DNA of 64,000 nt from Octopus sinensis (taxonomy: Eukaryota): positions 6,634,001 to 6,698,000 of the forward strand of contig NC_043014.1 of NCBI RefSeq assembly GCF_006345805.1, written 5' to 3'. Both the position numbers and the translations under genes were made by a program. Under the pieces are notes generated by a model, which saw only the letters and a list, made by a program, of their open reading frames with translations, made no database searches and was not told where the DNA came from. Positions 35,415 to 48,265 of the stretch are shown here, piece after piece; the first letter of the stretch is position 1, and every line of letters starts with the position of its first letter.

Positions 35415-36284
35415 TATATATATTATTTATATTATTATATATATATCTATACATACACACACATATACATATATATATACGACGGGCTGCTTTCAGTTTC
35501 TGTCTACCAAATCCACTCACAAGGCATTGGTCGGCCCGGGGCTATAGCAGAAGACACTTGCCCAAGGTGCCACGCAGTGGGACTGAACCCAGAACCATGT
35601 GGTTGGTAAGCAAGCTACTTACCACACAGCCACTCCTGCACCTATGTATGTATGTATGTATGTATGTATGTATGTAGTATGTATGTATGTATGTATGTAT
35701 GAATGTATGCATGCATGCATGCATGTATGTATGTATGTATGTATGTGTGTATGTATGTATGAATGTATGAGGTTGCATTGTTAGGGTGTTGATTGCGAGG
35801 TCGTGGTTTCACTTCCTGGATCGGGTGGTGTGTTGTGTTCTTGAACAAAATGCTTCATTTGATATTGCTCTGCGGTAAATGGTGCGTGACACACCGTGCA
35901 CCTGTTCAGGCAACGTCGATTTGATGGGACGGAGGGAGCTAATGGCCGGCACGATCGCTATTAACAATTCATTTGTACATTCATTGGACAGGAGAGGACA
36001 TCATATATATATATAAACCCCCCTTCTTTCCTTCTTTCCTGAGTGTCCAATAATACTATATTTGTTCCACGTCCTCGCGTTGTTGTGTTTTCTCTTTGTG
36101 TTTTCATTTTTGGATTAACTATATATATATATAGAGAGAGAATATATATGTATATGTATGTATGCATATATGTGTGCATATATACATACATACATATACA
36201 TATATAATATATTTATAAAATATATAACATATATATAAAATCAAATCAAAAAATCAAAAAATCAAACAAAATCAAAATAGATGA

Positions 36285-36880
36285 ACATCAATGGAATTTG
36301 TATCTTTGTGGTACCAGTGCCGGTGGCACACGAGAAAACCATCCGAACGTGGCCGTAGCCAGTGCCGCACCGACTGGCTTCCATGCTGTGGGCACGTAAC
36401 AATCACCATCCGATCGTGGCCGATCGCCAGCCTGATCTGTGTCGGTGGCACATAAAAAACACCATCCGAGCGTGGTCGTCTGCTAGCCTTGTCTGGCACC
36501 TGTGTCGGTGGCACATAAAAACACCATCCGAGCGTGGCCGTTCGCCAGCCTCGTCTGGCACCTGTGTCGGTGGGACATAAAAACACCATCCGAGCGTGGC
36601 CGTTCGCCAGCCTCATCTGGCACCTGTGTCGGTGGCACATAAAAAACACATCCGAGCGTGGCCGTTCGCCAGCCTCGTCTGGCACCTTTGTCGGTGGCAC
36701 ATAAAATCACCCACTACACTCTCGGAGTGGTTGGCGTTAGGAAGGGCATCCAGCTGTAGAAACACTGCCAGATCTGACTGGCCTGGTGCAGCCTTCGGGC
36801 TCCCCAGACCCCAGTTGAACCGTCCAACCCATGCTAGCATGGAAAGCGGACGTTAAATGATGATGATGATGATGATGATA
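36285..36880 (+). mobile_element. RTE 3' UTR fragment with expanded ~60-bp VNTR
   Basis: About 6 units of gcctcgtctggcacctgtgtcggtggcacataaaaacaccatccgagcgtggccgttcgcca, then the conserved tail. Confidence 0.8.
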
Positions 36881-37014
36881 TATATATATATTCATATATA
36901 TATGTATGTATTTGTATGTATACATGTGTACATATATACATATATAGATAGGTAAAGATATAGATACACACACATACTTATATATACATATATATATATG
37001 TGTGTGTGTGTACA

Positions 37015-37052
<38 letters not shown>

Positions 37053-37326
37053 CGGGAAGCTTTATGAAAATAAACAAAAGACGAAGGCAGGTGGAAAACA
37101 AACGAACAATTGTATTAGTATGGCGCTCAGGAAATATAAATAAAACAAGTCTTTAACGTTTCGAGTCTACGCTCTTCAACAGAAAGATACAGAGAGAGAG
37201 AAAAACACAGAAAGAAGGAGAGAAAAAAATGCGTGCTGTAGCTAACGAATCAACATGGCGATATATATATATATATATACAAAATGAGAAAATGGAGAAA
37301 CATACCTAAATCAATCATCAACCATC

Positions 37327-37371
<45 letters not shown>

Positions 37372-38684
37372 TATTATATATATATTCATTATATATATAT
37401 ATATATATACGTATGTGCACATATATATTTACATATGCATATATACACACATATATGTGTGTATGTCTGTGCGTATGTGAGTGCGTGTGTGAGTGCATGT
37501 GTGTGTGTGCGTAAACATACATACATATATGCACATATGCGGTGCGTAAACAGTGATTAGAAAACCGAAAAACCCGTTCTCTTCGGAGGAAGTCCTTTAC
37601 ACTATTTGCTCTGCTCCAAGTCGCAGACACTCCCTTTCGATTCTTGCAATCGGAAATGCTCCAAAGCAGTGATTAGTCTCGGTCCACTAGAAACCTGTAA
37701 CCAACGACACTTTTGTTCACCTATTCTTACACTAAATAAACAAACAAACAAATAAACATACACATAGGTGCAGGAGTGGCTGTGTGGTAAGTAGCTTGCT
37801 AACTAACCACATGGTTCCGGGTTCAGTCCCACTGCGTGGCATCTTGGGCAAGTGTCTTCTGCTATAGCCATGGGCCGACCAATGCCTTGTGAATGGATTT
37901 GGTAGGCGGAAACTGAAAGAAGCCTGTCGTATATATGTATATATATATATATATTTATAGGCGCAGGAGTGGCTGTTTGGTAAGTAGCTTGCTAACTAAC
38001 CACATGGTTCCGGGTCAGTCCCACTGTGTGGCATCTTGGGCAAGTGTCTTCTGCTATAGCCCCGGGCCGACCAATGCCTTGTGAGTGGATTTGGTAGACG
38101 GAAACTGAAAGAAAGAAGCCTGTTGTATATATGTAATGATATATATATGTATGTGTGTGTGTGTGTTTGTGTGTCTTGGTTTGTCCCCCTAGCATTGCTT
38201 GACAACCGATGCTGGTGTGTTTACGTTCCCGTCACTTAGCAGTTCGGCAAAAGAGACCGATAGAATAAGTACTAGGGCTTACAAAAGAATAAGTCCCGGG
38301 GGTCGATTTGCTCGACTAAAGGCGGTGCTCCAGCATGGCCGCAGTGAAATGACTGAAACAAGTAAAAAGAGTAAAAAAAGAGTAAAGAGAGGTAAGTAAA
38401 TAAATAAATAAATAAATAGATAAATAAATATTGGGTATGTGGATGTGGTTGGCACTAAGCTAGGATAAGGGGGCAATGGAGATTAAATGGTGAAATTAGA
38501 GAGGGTTTGTTTAGACAACAACGGAGATAGGATATGCGGTGGGTGGATTAATTGAGTGTTGCTAAGTTCGGTTGCTATGGGGGAACTGAAAGAAAAACCT
38601 TTACATTACTGGTGTCCTTTTATTTTCCGACTGGTTTGGGGTCAGTCGAATATGACCTCTTACTAGGGATCATGTAAACGAGGT

Positions 38685-38980
38685 TGCGGAGGCATATGGC
38701 CTAGTGGTTAGAGCAGCGGACTCACGGTCGAGGGATCGCGGGTTCGAATCTCAGACCTGGCGATGTGTGTGTTTATGAGCGAAACACCTAAGCTCCACGC
38801 GGCTCCGGCAGAAGGCAATGGCAACTCTTTCGCCACAACTTTCTCTCACTCTTTCCTCCTGCATCTTGCAGCTCACCTGCGACGGACTGGCGTCCCGTCC
38901 AGGTGGGGAACCTATATGCCAAGGGAACCGGGAAACCGGCCCTTATGAGCCAGGCGTGGCTTGAGAAGGAACAAAAACAA
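38685..38980 (+). mobile_element. tRNA-derived SINE family C with V-domain-like core and 13-bp target-site duplication
   Basis: A box tggcctagtgg, B box ggttcgaatct, core cctgcgacggactggcgtcccgtccagg; atgtaaacgaggt at 38672-38684 and 38981-38993. Confidence 0.82.
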
Positions 38981-39934
38981 ATGTAAACGAGGTGTTATTC
39001 TATAAACCAATAGTGGGTGTTTTATGTGCGAAATAAACTGAAAGAAAGGAATTACTGAGATAATTAAGGATTTAAGGAAACCTGGGAGACACCCGTATTA
39101 ATCGACTAAATCAATACAGGGTTTAAGAGGGACGTTGATTTATCAAGCAACCTGGCACTCGGTCAGTTGCGACGACGAGGGTTCCAGTTGAACAGATCCA
39201 CGGAACAGCCTGCTCGTGAAATTAACGTGCATGTGGCTGAGCACTCCACAGACACGTGCACCTTTAATGTAGTTCTCGGGGAGATTCAGCGTGACTCAGA
39301 GTGTGACAAGTACTCTTTCTACCAGGCGGTGAGCTGGCAGAACCGTTAGCGCGCTGGGCGAAATGCTTAGCGGTATTTCGTCTGGTCAGCGGTATTTCGC
39401 CGAGGTCAACTTTGCCTTTCATCCTTTCGAGGTCGATTATATAAGTACCAGTTATGCACTGGGGTCGATGTAATCGATTTAATCCCTTTGTCTGTCCTTG
39501 TTTGTCTCCTCTGTGTGTAGCCCCTTGTGGGTAGTAAAGAAATAGGTACTCTTCATTTCTGCCAGCTGAGTGAACTGGAGCAACGTGAAATAAAGTGTCT
39601 TGCTCAAGGACACAACGCGTCGCCAGGATTTGAACTCACGACCTTGTGGTCGTGGGTCAAATACCCTGACCACTAAGCCACGTGCCTTCACAATTTATCG
39701 ACCACAGAAAGATGAAAAACAAAAAAATCAAAAAAGTAACCTCAGCCGAATTCGAACCCAGGACGTAGAGAACCAAAACCAAATGACCACGTGGTATGAT
39801 CTTTAAATCAATGATTCTCAACCATTTTTTCTTTTTTTTTTTTGTTGCCTTTGACTCACCTCTGACTCCTATCTTACTTATTTGGACTTTCACAGCCATT
39901 CGATATTTTTAAAATATCTCATTATATATTTTTA

Positions 39935-40458
39935 TATTGGGTCATCCCATAAATAATGCGGGTTTTTTTAAAATATCATCATCATCATCATCATCATTTA
40001 GCGTCCGCTTTCCATGCTAGCATGGGTTGGACGGTTCAACTGGGGTCCGGTAAGCCATGGAGGCTGCATCAGGCCCAGTCTGATCTGGTAGTGTTTCTAC
40101 GGCTGGATGCCCTTCCTAACACCAACCACTCCATGAGTGTAGTGGGTGCTTTTTACGTGCCACCCGCACAGGTGCCAGACGGAGCTGGCAAAATTTCTTT
40201 TATTTCGTTGCGTTGTTGCCATTATTGAACTCATAAGGCAAAATATGCCGAATATGCTCCTTTGTCACTTCCATTATAGCCTTGAAAAAATAACTGTTAA
40301 AATCGAACTGCACTCTTCAAAACTTGCACCAAGAATAAGTACAAGGTAAAATTACTATCTACTTTATAGCAAGTTGATGCAGGTAGTTTATCCCATTCCC
40401 CTCTGACTTTTTGTCCATGCAATTGAAAAAACCGCATTATTTATGGGATGACTCAATA
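39935..40458. mobile_element. Tc1/mariner-type MITE carrying an RTE 3' fragment (39976-40190, minus)
   Basis: Terminal inverted repeats tattgggtcatcccataaataatgcgg / ccgcattatttatgggatgactcaata with TA ends. Confidence 0.7.
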
Positions 40459-41442
40459 ATTAAATATTAGGAATTGTTTTTAAAAAAATTGACAAAATAT
40501 TTTTTACATTGCAGAAATTATAACAAGATTATTGCATATAGATTTTAACAACAAAATCTTCTATGGATTCCGTTCCTAAGGGCCATATGAGCCCCGATTG
40601 AAAACCTATTTCTTTACTACCCACAAGGGGCTAAACACAGAGGGGACAAACAAGGACAGACAAACGGATTAAGTCAATTATATCGGCCCCAGTGCGTAAC
40701 TGGTACTTATTTAATCGACCCCGAAAGGATGAAAGGCAAAGTTGACCTCGGCGGAATTTGAACTCAGAACGTAATGGCTGACGAAATACCTATTTCTTTA
40801 CTGCTAAGCAGCAGGAGGAGGAGGAGGAGGAGGAGAGGAGAGAAGAAGAAGAAGAAGAAGAAGAAGAAGAAGAAGAAGGAGAAGGAGGAGGAGGAGGAGG
40901 AGGAGAAGAAGAAGAAGAAGAAGAAGAGAAGGAGGAGGAGGAGAAGAAGAAGAGAAGAAGAAAAAGAAACGAAAGCGGTAATGAAATAATAGAATTAAGG
41001 CTTTTAACCAAAGAAGTAGAAAAAATTGTAAACCGTTATCAAAAAAAAAAGAAAAGAAAAAAAAGAAAAATGAAATAAAAACAAACAACTACATAAACAT
41101 TTGTTTTTTCTTATGTAGGTCGCGTTGAAGCAGGGAGGGGGTGGGGTGGGGGAACAATTGGAGAAAGAAAGGTTTAACAAAAAAAAGTGCTTCTGTTATG
41201 ACTGATTTATTTAACACGCTTTCTTACCTTTAACGACTTAAAAATAGCCGAGGAGACAGGTAGTTCTTAGTAACTAATAAGATACCATTTGCTTTGCTTC
41301 CTTTCCACCTGGGTTTCCTCCCCCCCCCCCCACCGTTGCTTTTCTTTTTAAGTCAGGTGTAAATGTAAAAGACGTTTGATTAATGGAGAAAGAACGTCGG
41401 CCAGAAGGCTTTAAGAGCAACGGGATTTCAAAACGGGGTCAA

Positions 41443-42048
41443 GGCGCCGAACTGGCAGAAACAGTTAGCACGCCGGGCGAAATACTGAGCCGTATTTTCG
41501 TCTGCCCTTACGTTCTGAGTTCAGATTCCGCCGAGGTCGACTTTGCCTTTCATCCTTTCGGGGTCGATTAAATAAGTACCAGTAATGCACTGGGGTCGAT
41601 GTAATCGACTTAATCCCTTTGTCTGTCCTTGTTTGTCCCCTCTGTGTTTAGCCCCTTGTGGGTAGTAAAGAAATAGGTATTTCACCCGTCGTTACGTTCT
41701 GAGTTCAAATTCCGCCAAGGTCAACATCGCCTTTCATCCTTTCGGGGTCGATTAAATAAGTACCAGTTTCGCACACTGGGGTCGATATAATCGACTTAAT
41801 CTGTTTGTCTGTCCTTGTTTGTCCTCTCTGTGTTTAGCCCCTGTGTAGTGGTAGTAAAGAAATAGGTATTTCGTCTGCCATTACGTTCTGAGTTCAAATC
41901 CGTCGAGGTTGACTTTGCCTTTCATCCTTTTGGGGTCGATTAAATAAGTACCAGTTACGCACTGGGGTTGATATAATCGACTTAATCCGTTTGTCTGTCC
42001 TTGTTTGTCCCCTCTATGTTTAGCCCCTTGTGGGTAGTAAAGAAATAT
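41443..42048 (+). repeat. SINE family B tandem array (3 units)
   Basis: Units restart at ..aaagaaatag-gtatttc.. Confidence 0.85.
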
Positions 42049-42050
42049 AA

Positions 42051-42082
<32 letters not shown>

Positions 42083-43495
42083 ATTGGTATTTCCTCGTTG
42101 AGAATTAATGAATGAACGCCAAACCTATTTCGTTTTGAATAATAAGAAAATAAAGTGTTGTGGGGTGGGAAGAAAGACACACAGACATGTGAACGTTTCC
42201 TGCGATATTTATTGGAAAACAGCAACTTCACTGTTTTTCCTCTTTTCCACCTCCCCTTCCTCCTCGTCATATTTATACTGTTGTTGTTGTTGGGGGGGGG
42301 CGGTGGTGTTAGCGACGGGCGGTAGTGGCGTCACAGGTCGTCGATGTCTGTCTGTCTTTGTCAACAGAGAGATAACAGACATAATAAGCGGGAATCGGTG
42401 AACCCTGATTCGATTAGATACACATCGCAATACATCACACACATTCCCATGCACAAAATCCTTTACGTTTCGAGCCTACGCTCTTCAACAGAAAGGAATA
42501 AGAGAAAATAAACAGAGGGAACGTATAAGGTACGGAAAAAGACACGAAACCGTGTAATGCATCTAGTTGAAAACTGATAAAGAATTTAGGGACCTTCTGT
42601 GTCTGTTTTCCATCTGTTTATGCACTTAATATACAGTGTTTCCGTTCGTCTGTGCATTTATTATACGCATTTTTTAACTTGCCATTCTGTATCCAATGTT
42701 CCTTTGTGCATTTACTATGCAATTTTTTCACTTATTAAATAATGGGACGTAACGCACCCTGGTTTATATATATATATATATATATACCTCCCCTTCTTTC
42801 TATTTTTTCTGTCAAACCTTTTTTTTTTTTTTTTTTGGCCACATGCTGTGCTTGGTCGCTAAATCCGCAAGATTTTTTATTCTCTCCCTGTTTATTTTCT
42901 CTTGTTCCTTTCTGCTGAAGAGCGTAGGCTTGAAACGTAAAAGACTTTGTCACTTTCTCGAGTATCAAATTATTACACCTGCTTGCTGTTCATACACCTG
43001 CCTACGTCTTTTGTTGTTCTGTAAATTTCAACTAACATAACACACACACACACACACACATAGGCGCAGGCGTGGCTGTGAGGTTAGAAGCTTGCTACTC
43101 AACCACACAGTTCCGGTTTCAGTCCCTCTGTGTGGCACCTAGAGCAAGTGTCTTCTGCTATAGCCTCGGGCTGACCAATGCCTGCGAGTGGATTTGGTAG
43201 AGGAAAATTGAAAGAAGCCTGTCGTATATATATATGACACACAAATGTATATACATACATACATACACACATATATACATACATATACATGTGTGTGCGT
43301 GTGTGGTGTGTGTGTATGCATGTATGTATGAATGTATGTATGTATATATTTGTGTTGTCTTGATTTGTTCCATCACCATCGCTTGACAACCGATGTTGGT
43401 GTGTTTAGGTCCCCGTAACTAGTGGCTTACAAAGAATAAGTCCTGGGGTCGATTTGTTCGACTAAAGGCGGTGCTCCAGCCCAGGTCGCAGTCAA

Positions 43496-43595
43496 NNNNN
43501 NNNNNNNNNNNNNNNNNNNNNNNNNNNNNNNNNNNNNNNNNNNNNNNNNNNNNNNNNNNNNNNNNNNNNNNNNNNNNNNNNNNNNNNNNNNNNNN
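43496..43595. other. Assembly gap (100 N, probably unsized)
   Basis: Run of exactly 100 n. Confidence 0.99.
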
Positions 43596-43667
43596 AAAAA
43601 ACTGTCCATGAACGACAACGGGAAACTCAGAGTAACAGGTTTTGTTGAATTTTCTGCTGCTTTAAAT

Positions 43668-43698
<31 letters not shown>

Positions 43699-44129
43699 GC
43701 ATGTATGTATGTATATGTGTTCGTGTGTGTATATATATATTGATGTATGTATGAATTGATGTATATGTGTGCATGCATGTATATATATATATATATATAT
43801 ACATGCATTGTATAATATAACTATTATAGGTAAAATTTGATATGTTAATTATGTTACCTTGCCGCCCCTTCACCTCCTCCTAACTCCTAACTCCCTCTTC
43901 GACATGCCTTTGGGGCGGCACTGGCTACGTAGAAGAACTTGTGCATTAAGAATTTGGTGCGTTAATAGCCCGAGAAAACGAAGGAATCTGTGGTTCAGGA
44001 ACTCGAGAAAAATGTGAAATTGAGGGGTCACGTAATGTACCGTGTATCGTCCCAGTGTACTTGGCAATTATAAAGGTAGAGAAGTGCATTAGGGGAAGCG
44101 ATGAGGCTTTATAAGAACAAGCAGGGAGA

Positions 44130-44490
44130 TCAATGTTAAGCACTTAGAATAAAGGATTATAAACAAAAGAAGGGAAACGATTGAAAAGAGGACGGGAAAA
44201 AGAGTGTTACATGGGCAGTTTGTCAGTTTGTAAAGGGAGGACATAGGAAGGAGAGGAGTTATGAGTTTGACTGAGAGATGGTTGTAAAACTGTAAACAGA
44301 AATCGCGACCCTTATCATGACTGCGCAAGAACAAGCGATTAGAACAAATGTTGTTAAAACAAAAATTGACAGAAGCCACCGAGTTTAATAAGTGTTGAAT
44401 GTATGGCAAAGTGGACGCAAGTGTCAATCATCTTGAAGGCAAATGTAGTGAGATGGGACTGAAAGAAGGTTAGGAAGACGTGAAAGACGA
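44130..44490 (+). pseudogene. Degenerate relic of an R4/Dong-like (restriction-like endonuclease) non-LTR retrotransposon
   Basis: Interrupted translation KRVLHGQF...LIMTAQEQAIRTNVVKTKID...KC*MYGKVDASVNHLEGKCSEM resembles the LHGQF / AAQxQAxRT / CxxC..HxxxxC region of this group. Confidence 0.55.
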
Positions 44491-44589
44491 TGCAGGAAAA
44501 AGATAGAGGAAGTTTGAGGGGCGAGGGCTGGGAGGAAATCTGGATTGAAAGTAGGTGAATTGTGGTTCGATCCTCACCAGCCAGAAGCT

Positions 44590-45225
44590 GTGGCGGTATT
44601 TCGTCTGCTCCGCTACGTTCTGAGTTCAAATTCCGCCGAGAGCGACTTTGCCTTTCATCCTTTCGGCGTCGATAGATTAAGTACCAGTTTCGCACTGGGG
44701 TCGATATAATCGACTTAATTCGTTTGTCTGTCCTCTCTGTGTTTAGCCCCTTGTCGGTAGTAAAGAAATAGAAATAGGTATTTCGTCCGTCGCTACGTTC
44801 TGAGTTCAAATTCCGCCGGGTCGACTTTGCCTTTCATCCTTTCGGGGTCGATAAATTAAGTACCAGTTACGCACTGAGGTCGATATAATCGACTTAATCC
44901 CTTTGTCTGTCCTTGTTTGCCCTCTCTGTGTTTAGCCCCTTGTGGGTAATAAAGAAATAGGTATTTGGTCCGTCACTACGTTCTGAGTTCAAATTCCGCC
45001 GAGAGCGACTTTGCCTTACCAGTTACGCACTGGGGTCGATATAATCGGCTTAATCCGTTTGTCTGTCCTCGTTTGTCTCCTCTCTGTGTTTAGCCCCTTG
45101 TGGGCAATAAAGAAATAGGTATTTCGTCTGTCTTTACGTCCTGAGTTCAAATTCTGCCGAGGTCAGTTTTGCCTTTTAACATTTTTCTGGGTCGATAAAT
45201 TAAGTACCCGTTGAGCACTGGGGTC
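44590..45225 (+). repeat. SINE family B tandem array (4 units), ending ~135 nt before the SLC34 exon
   Basis: Repeated tatttcgtc..acgttctgagttcaaattccgcc..aaagaaatag units. Confidence 0.85.
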
Positions 45226-45359
45226 AATGAATCGACTTGCACGACTTGCACCCTCCCCAGAAATTGCTGGCCTTGTGCCAAAATTTACAACCAGTATTTA
45301 CACTTGTACGATGTTTCGATCTGATTGTTTTAATTATAGGTTTTACTTTATATTTCCAG

Positions 45360-45667
45360 TTATCAGCGTCAAGGCAACGATACCGCTAGTGATGGGCGCC
45401 AATATCGGGACCTCAATCACAAACACCATCGTTTCTTTAGCTCAAGCAGGCGATCGGAACGAGTTTCGCCGAGCTTTTGCCGCCGCCACCATCTTGGATA
45501 TGTTCAACTGGTTAACGGTGCTAATCTTGTTGCCGTTGGAGGCCGCCAGCGGTTACCTCTACCGACTTACGGGTGCCATTATGGATGGCATCTCAGGTAA
45601 CACGAAATTCGATCGTATTGAACTGCTGCAGGTGATCACTCGGCCGTTCACTGATCTTATCATTGAG
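45360..45667 (+). CDS. SLC34A: SLC34 exon: [50 protein letters not shown]...PFTDLIIE
   Basis: tttccag| acceptor, GAG|gtaagg donor, phase 1-0. Confidence 0.95.
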
Positions 45668-47914
45668 GTAAGGTCGTTCTCCAGAAAAAATACAATACTC
45701 ACTTCCCATTTCTTGTTGTCATCGTCATCGTTGTCGTCATCATTTTTGTCATCATTTTTATCGTTGTTGTCATCATCGCCGTCGTTGTCATCGTCATCTT
45801 TTCCCCGTTGTCATCATCGTCATCGTGTCGTCGTCATCTTTGTCGTTAGCGTCATTATCGCCATCGTTGTTTTCATCATCGTCATCTTCAAATTTTGTCG
45901 TTGTCATCGTCATCATCGCCGTCGTTTTCGTCATCATCGTCATCAAATTTTGTCGTTTTCGTCAACATCGCCGTCATTGTCATCGTCGCCTTCGTCGTCA
46001 TCATCATCATCGTGTCGTCGTCATCTTTGTTGTTGTCGCCATTATCGCCATCGTTGTTGTCATCATCGTCGTCGTCGTCGTCATTGTCATCGCCATCATA
46101 GTCATTGTCGTCATCATCATCGTCGTCGTCATCATCGTCATCATGTCGTCGTCATTTTTGTGGTTGTCGCCATTATCGCCATCGTTGTTATCATCGCCAT
46201 CGTCGTCGACACCGTCATCATCGTCGTCGTTGTCATCATCGTCATTTTCAAATTTTGTCGTTTTCGTCATCATCACCGTCGTTGTCATCGCCATCGTCAT
46301 CGTGTCGTTGTCATCTTTGTCGTTGTCGCCATTATCGCCACCATTGTTGTCATCATCGCCATTGTCGTCAGTGTCATCGTCATCATCGTCATTGTTGTTT
46401 TCATCATCGTCATCGTCTTCGATACCGCCATCACCATCGTTGTTGTCAACATCACCACCATCGTTGTCATCCTTACCATCGTCGTTGTTAAACACCAACG
46501 AACCTACCTAACCACCCCACCTCCCACCCCGCACCCCACCCCACACCCACCCCGTCCCGCTGAGCGACACTTCCACTCTCCCCTCCACCCGTCCACTCAC
46601 TCACGCATTCCTTCATTCACCTGTGTACCTGTCCACCTAACTAGTCATCTGTCATACACCCATATATATTCTTCCGCTCAATCATTCACTCACTCGGCCC
46701 AATCACTCACCTACCCGTTCACACAACCAGGGTGGGTGGTCGCATGGTTGAGTGAGTGTAGCCACCCAGTCACACTCAGCCACCCACATATTATCTTCTC
46801 ACCCAGCTTCCTCATCTACCCACACTCTCATTCTTTCATTCTTTTAGACGTTCTGATATGCCACATAAAAGAGACTTGATAGCGGAATATTTTACTCGAG
46901 GTTGGCTTAATACCATTGCTCCGCAACCTTTTTTTCACATGCAGCACACTTATATTCTACGATGTGTCTACGATTTAAAAAAAAAATTACCATAAGGTAA
47001 TTTACCATAGGCGCAGGAGTGGCTGTTTGGTAAGTAGCTTGCTAACCAACCACATGGTTCCGGGTTCAGTCCCACTGCGTGGCATCTTGGGCAAGTGTCT
47101 TCTGCTATAGCCCCGGGCCGACCAATGCCTTGTGAGTGGATTTGGTAGACGGAAACTGAAAGAAGCCTGTCGTATATATGTATATATATAATATAAGTGT
47201 GTGTGAATATGTTTTTTGTGTCTGTGTTTGTCCCCCTAGCATTGCTTGACAACCGATGCTGGTGTGTTTACGTCCCCGTCACTTAGCGGTTCGGCAAAAG
47301 AGACCGATAGAATAAGTACTGGGCTTACAAAGAATAAGTCCAGGGGTCGATTTGCTCGACTAAGGGCGGTGCTCCAGCATGGCCGCAGTCAAATGACTGA
47401 AACAAGTAAAAAGAGTAAAAAGAGAAAGAGTATAATTTTTTCGCTTTTTTAATGCATTTTTTACTCGGTTTTATATAAGGGAAGTAACTCTCTAAAAAAT
47501 GCTTATACAGTTATTTCCCTTACAAACCCGAGCAACGCCGGGCGATACTGCTAGTACTGCACAATGTAATTTTAGAAACAGGATATTTGAAAAAGAAAAA
47601 GTATTAAGATCAGGGCTTTGGCGCCACTAAGACATAAAAGAGTAAAACAGTATGTTCTTTACATTAAAAAAAGTACTGGGAGTTTATTCAATGTTTTCTC
47701 GATTCCTTGTAGCTGGACTCGGAGTGTTTAAAGAAAATTGCAAATGGCGATGATGTGGAAAGTCTAGTAAAAAGATGGTGTGAGAAGACACTTCCGGTTA
47801 ATGGAAGCCATGGCTTTTTCACTCCCGGTAAGTATATATATTTGTCTTTTAAATTATCATTCTTTAATGTAAATATTTTTATGATGCAGATAGATAGATA
47901 GATAGATAGATAGT

Positions 47915-47991
<77 letters not shown>

Positions 47992-48073
47992 GGATAGATA
48001 GATAGATAGATGATGGATGGATGGATGGATGGATGGTTAGACAGACAGATAGATAGATAATAGATAGATAGAT

Positions 48074-48107
<34 letters not shown>

Positions 48108-48217
48108 GATATAGATAGATAGATAGATAGATAGATTAGATAGATGATAGATAGATAGATAGATAGACAGACAGATAGATAGATAGATAGATAGATCGAT
48201 AGATAGATAGATAGAAT

Positions 48218-48265
<48 letters not shown>

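Noticed and set aside
36310-36725. CRISPR-like array
   Set aside because: Whole units are repeated with no unique spacers, the context is a eukaryotic LINE 3' UTR, and there are no cas genes.
38685-38765. tRNA genes at SINE heads (also families A and B)
   Set aside because: A/B boxes are present, but the heads run into SINE bodies, are multicopy and carry target-site duplications; no complete cloverleaf could be drawn.
45227-46879. 550-aa ORF as a single SLC34 coding region
   Set aside because: Only 45360-45667 is exon; the rest is intronic read-through into a trinucleotide repeat after a canonical gtaagg donor.
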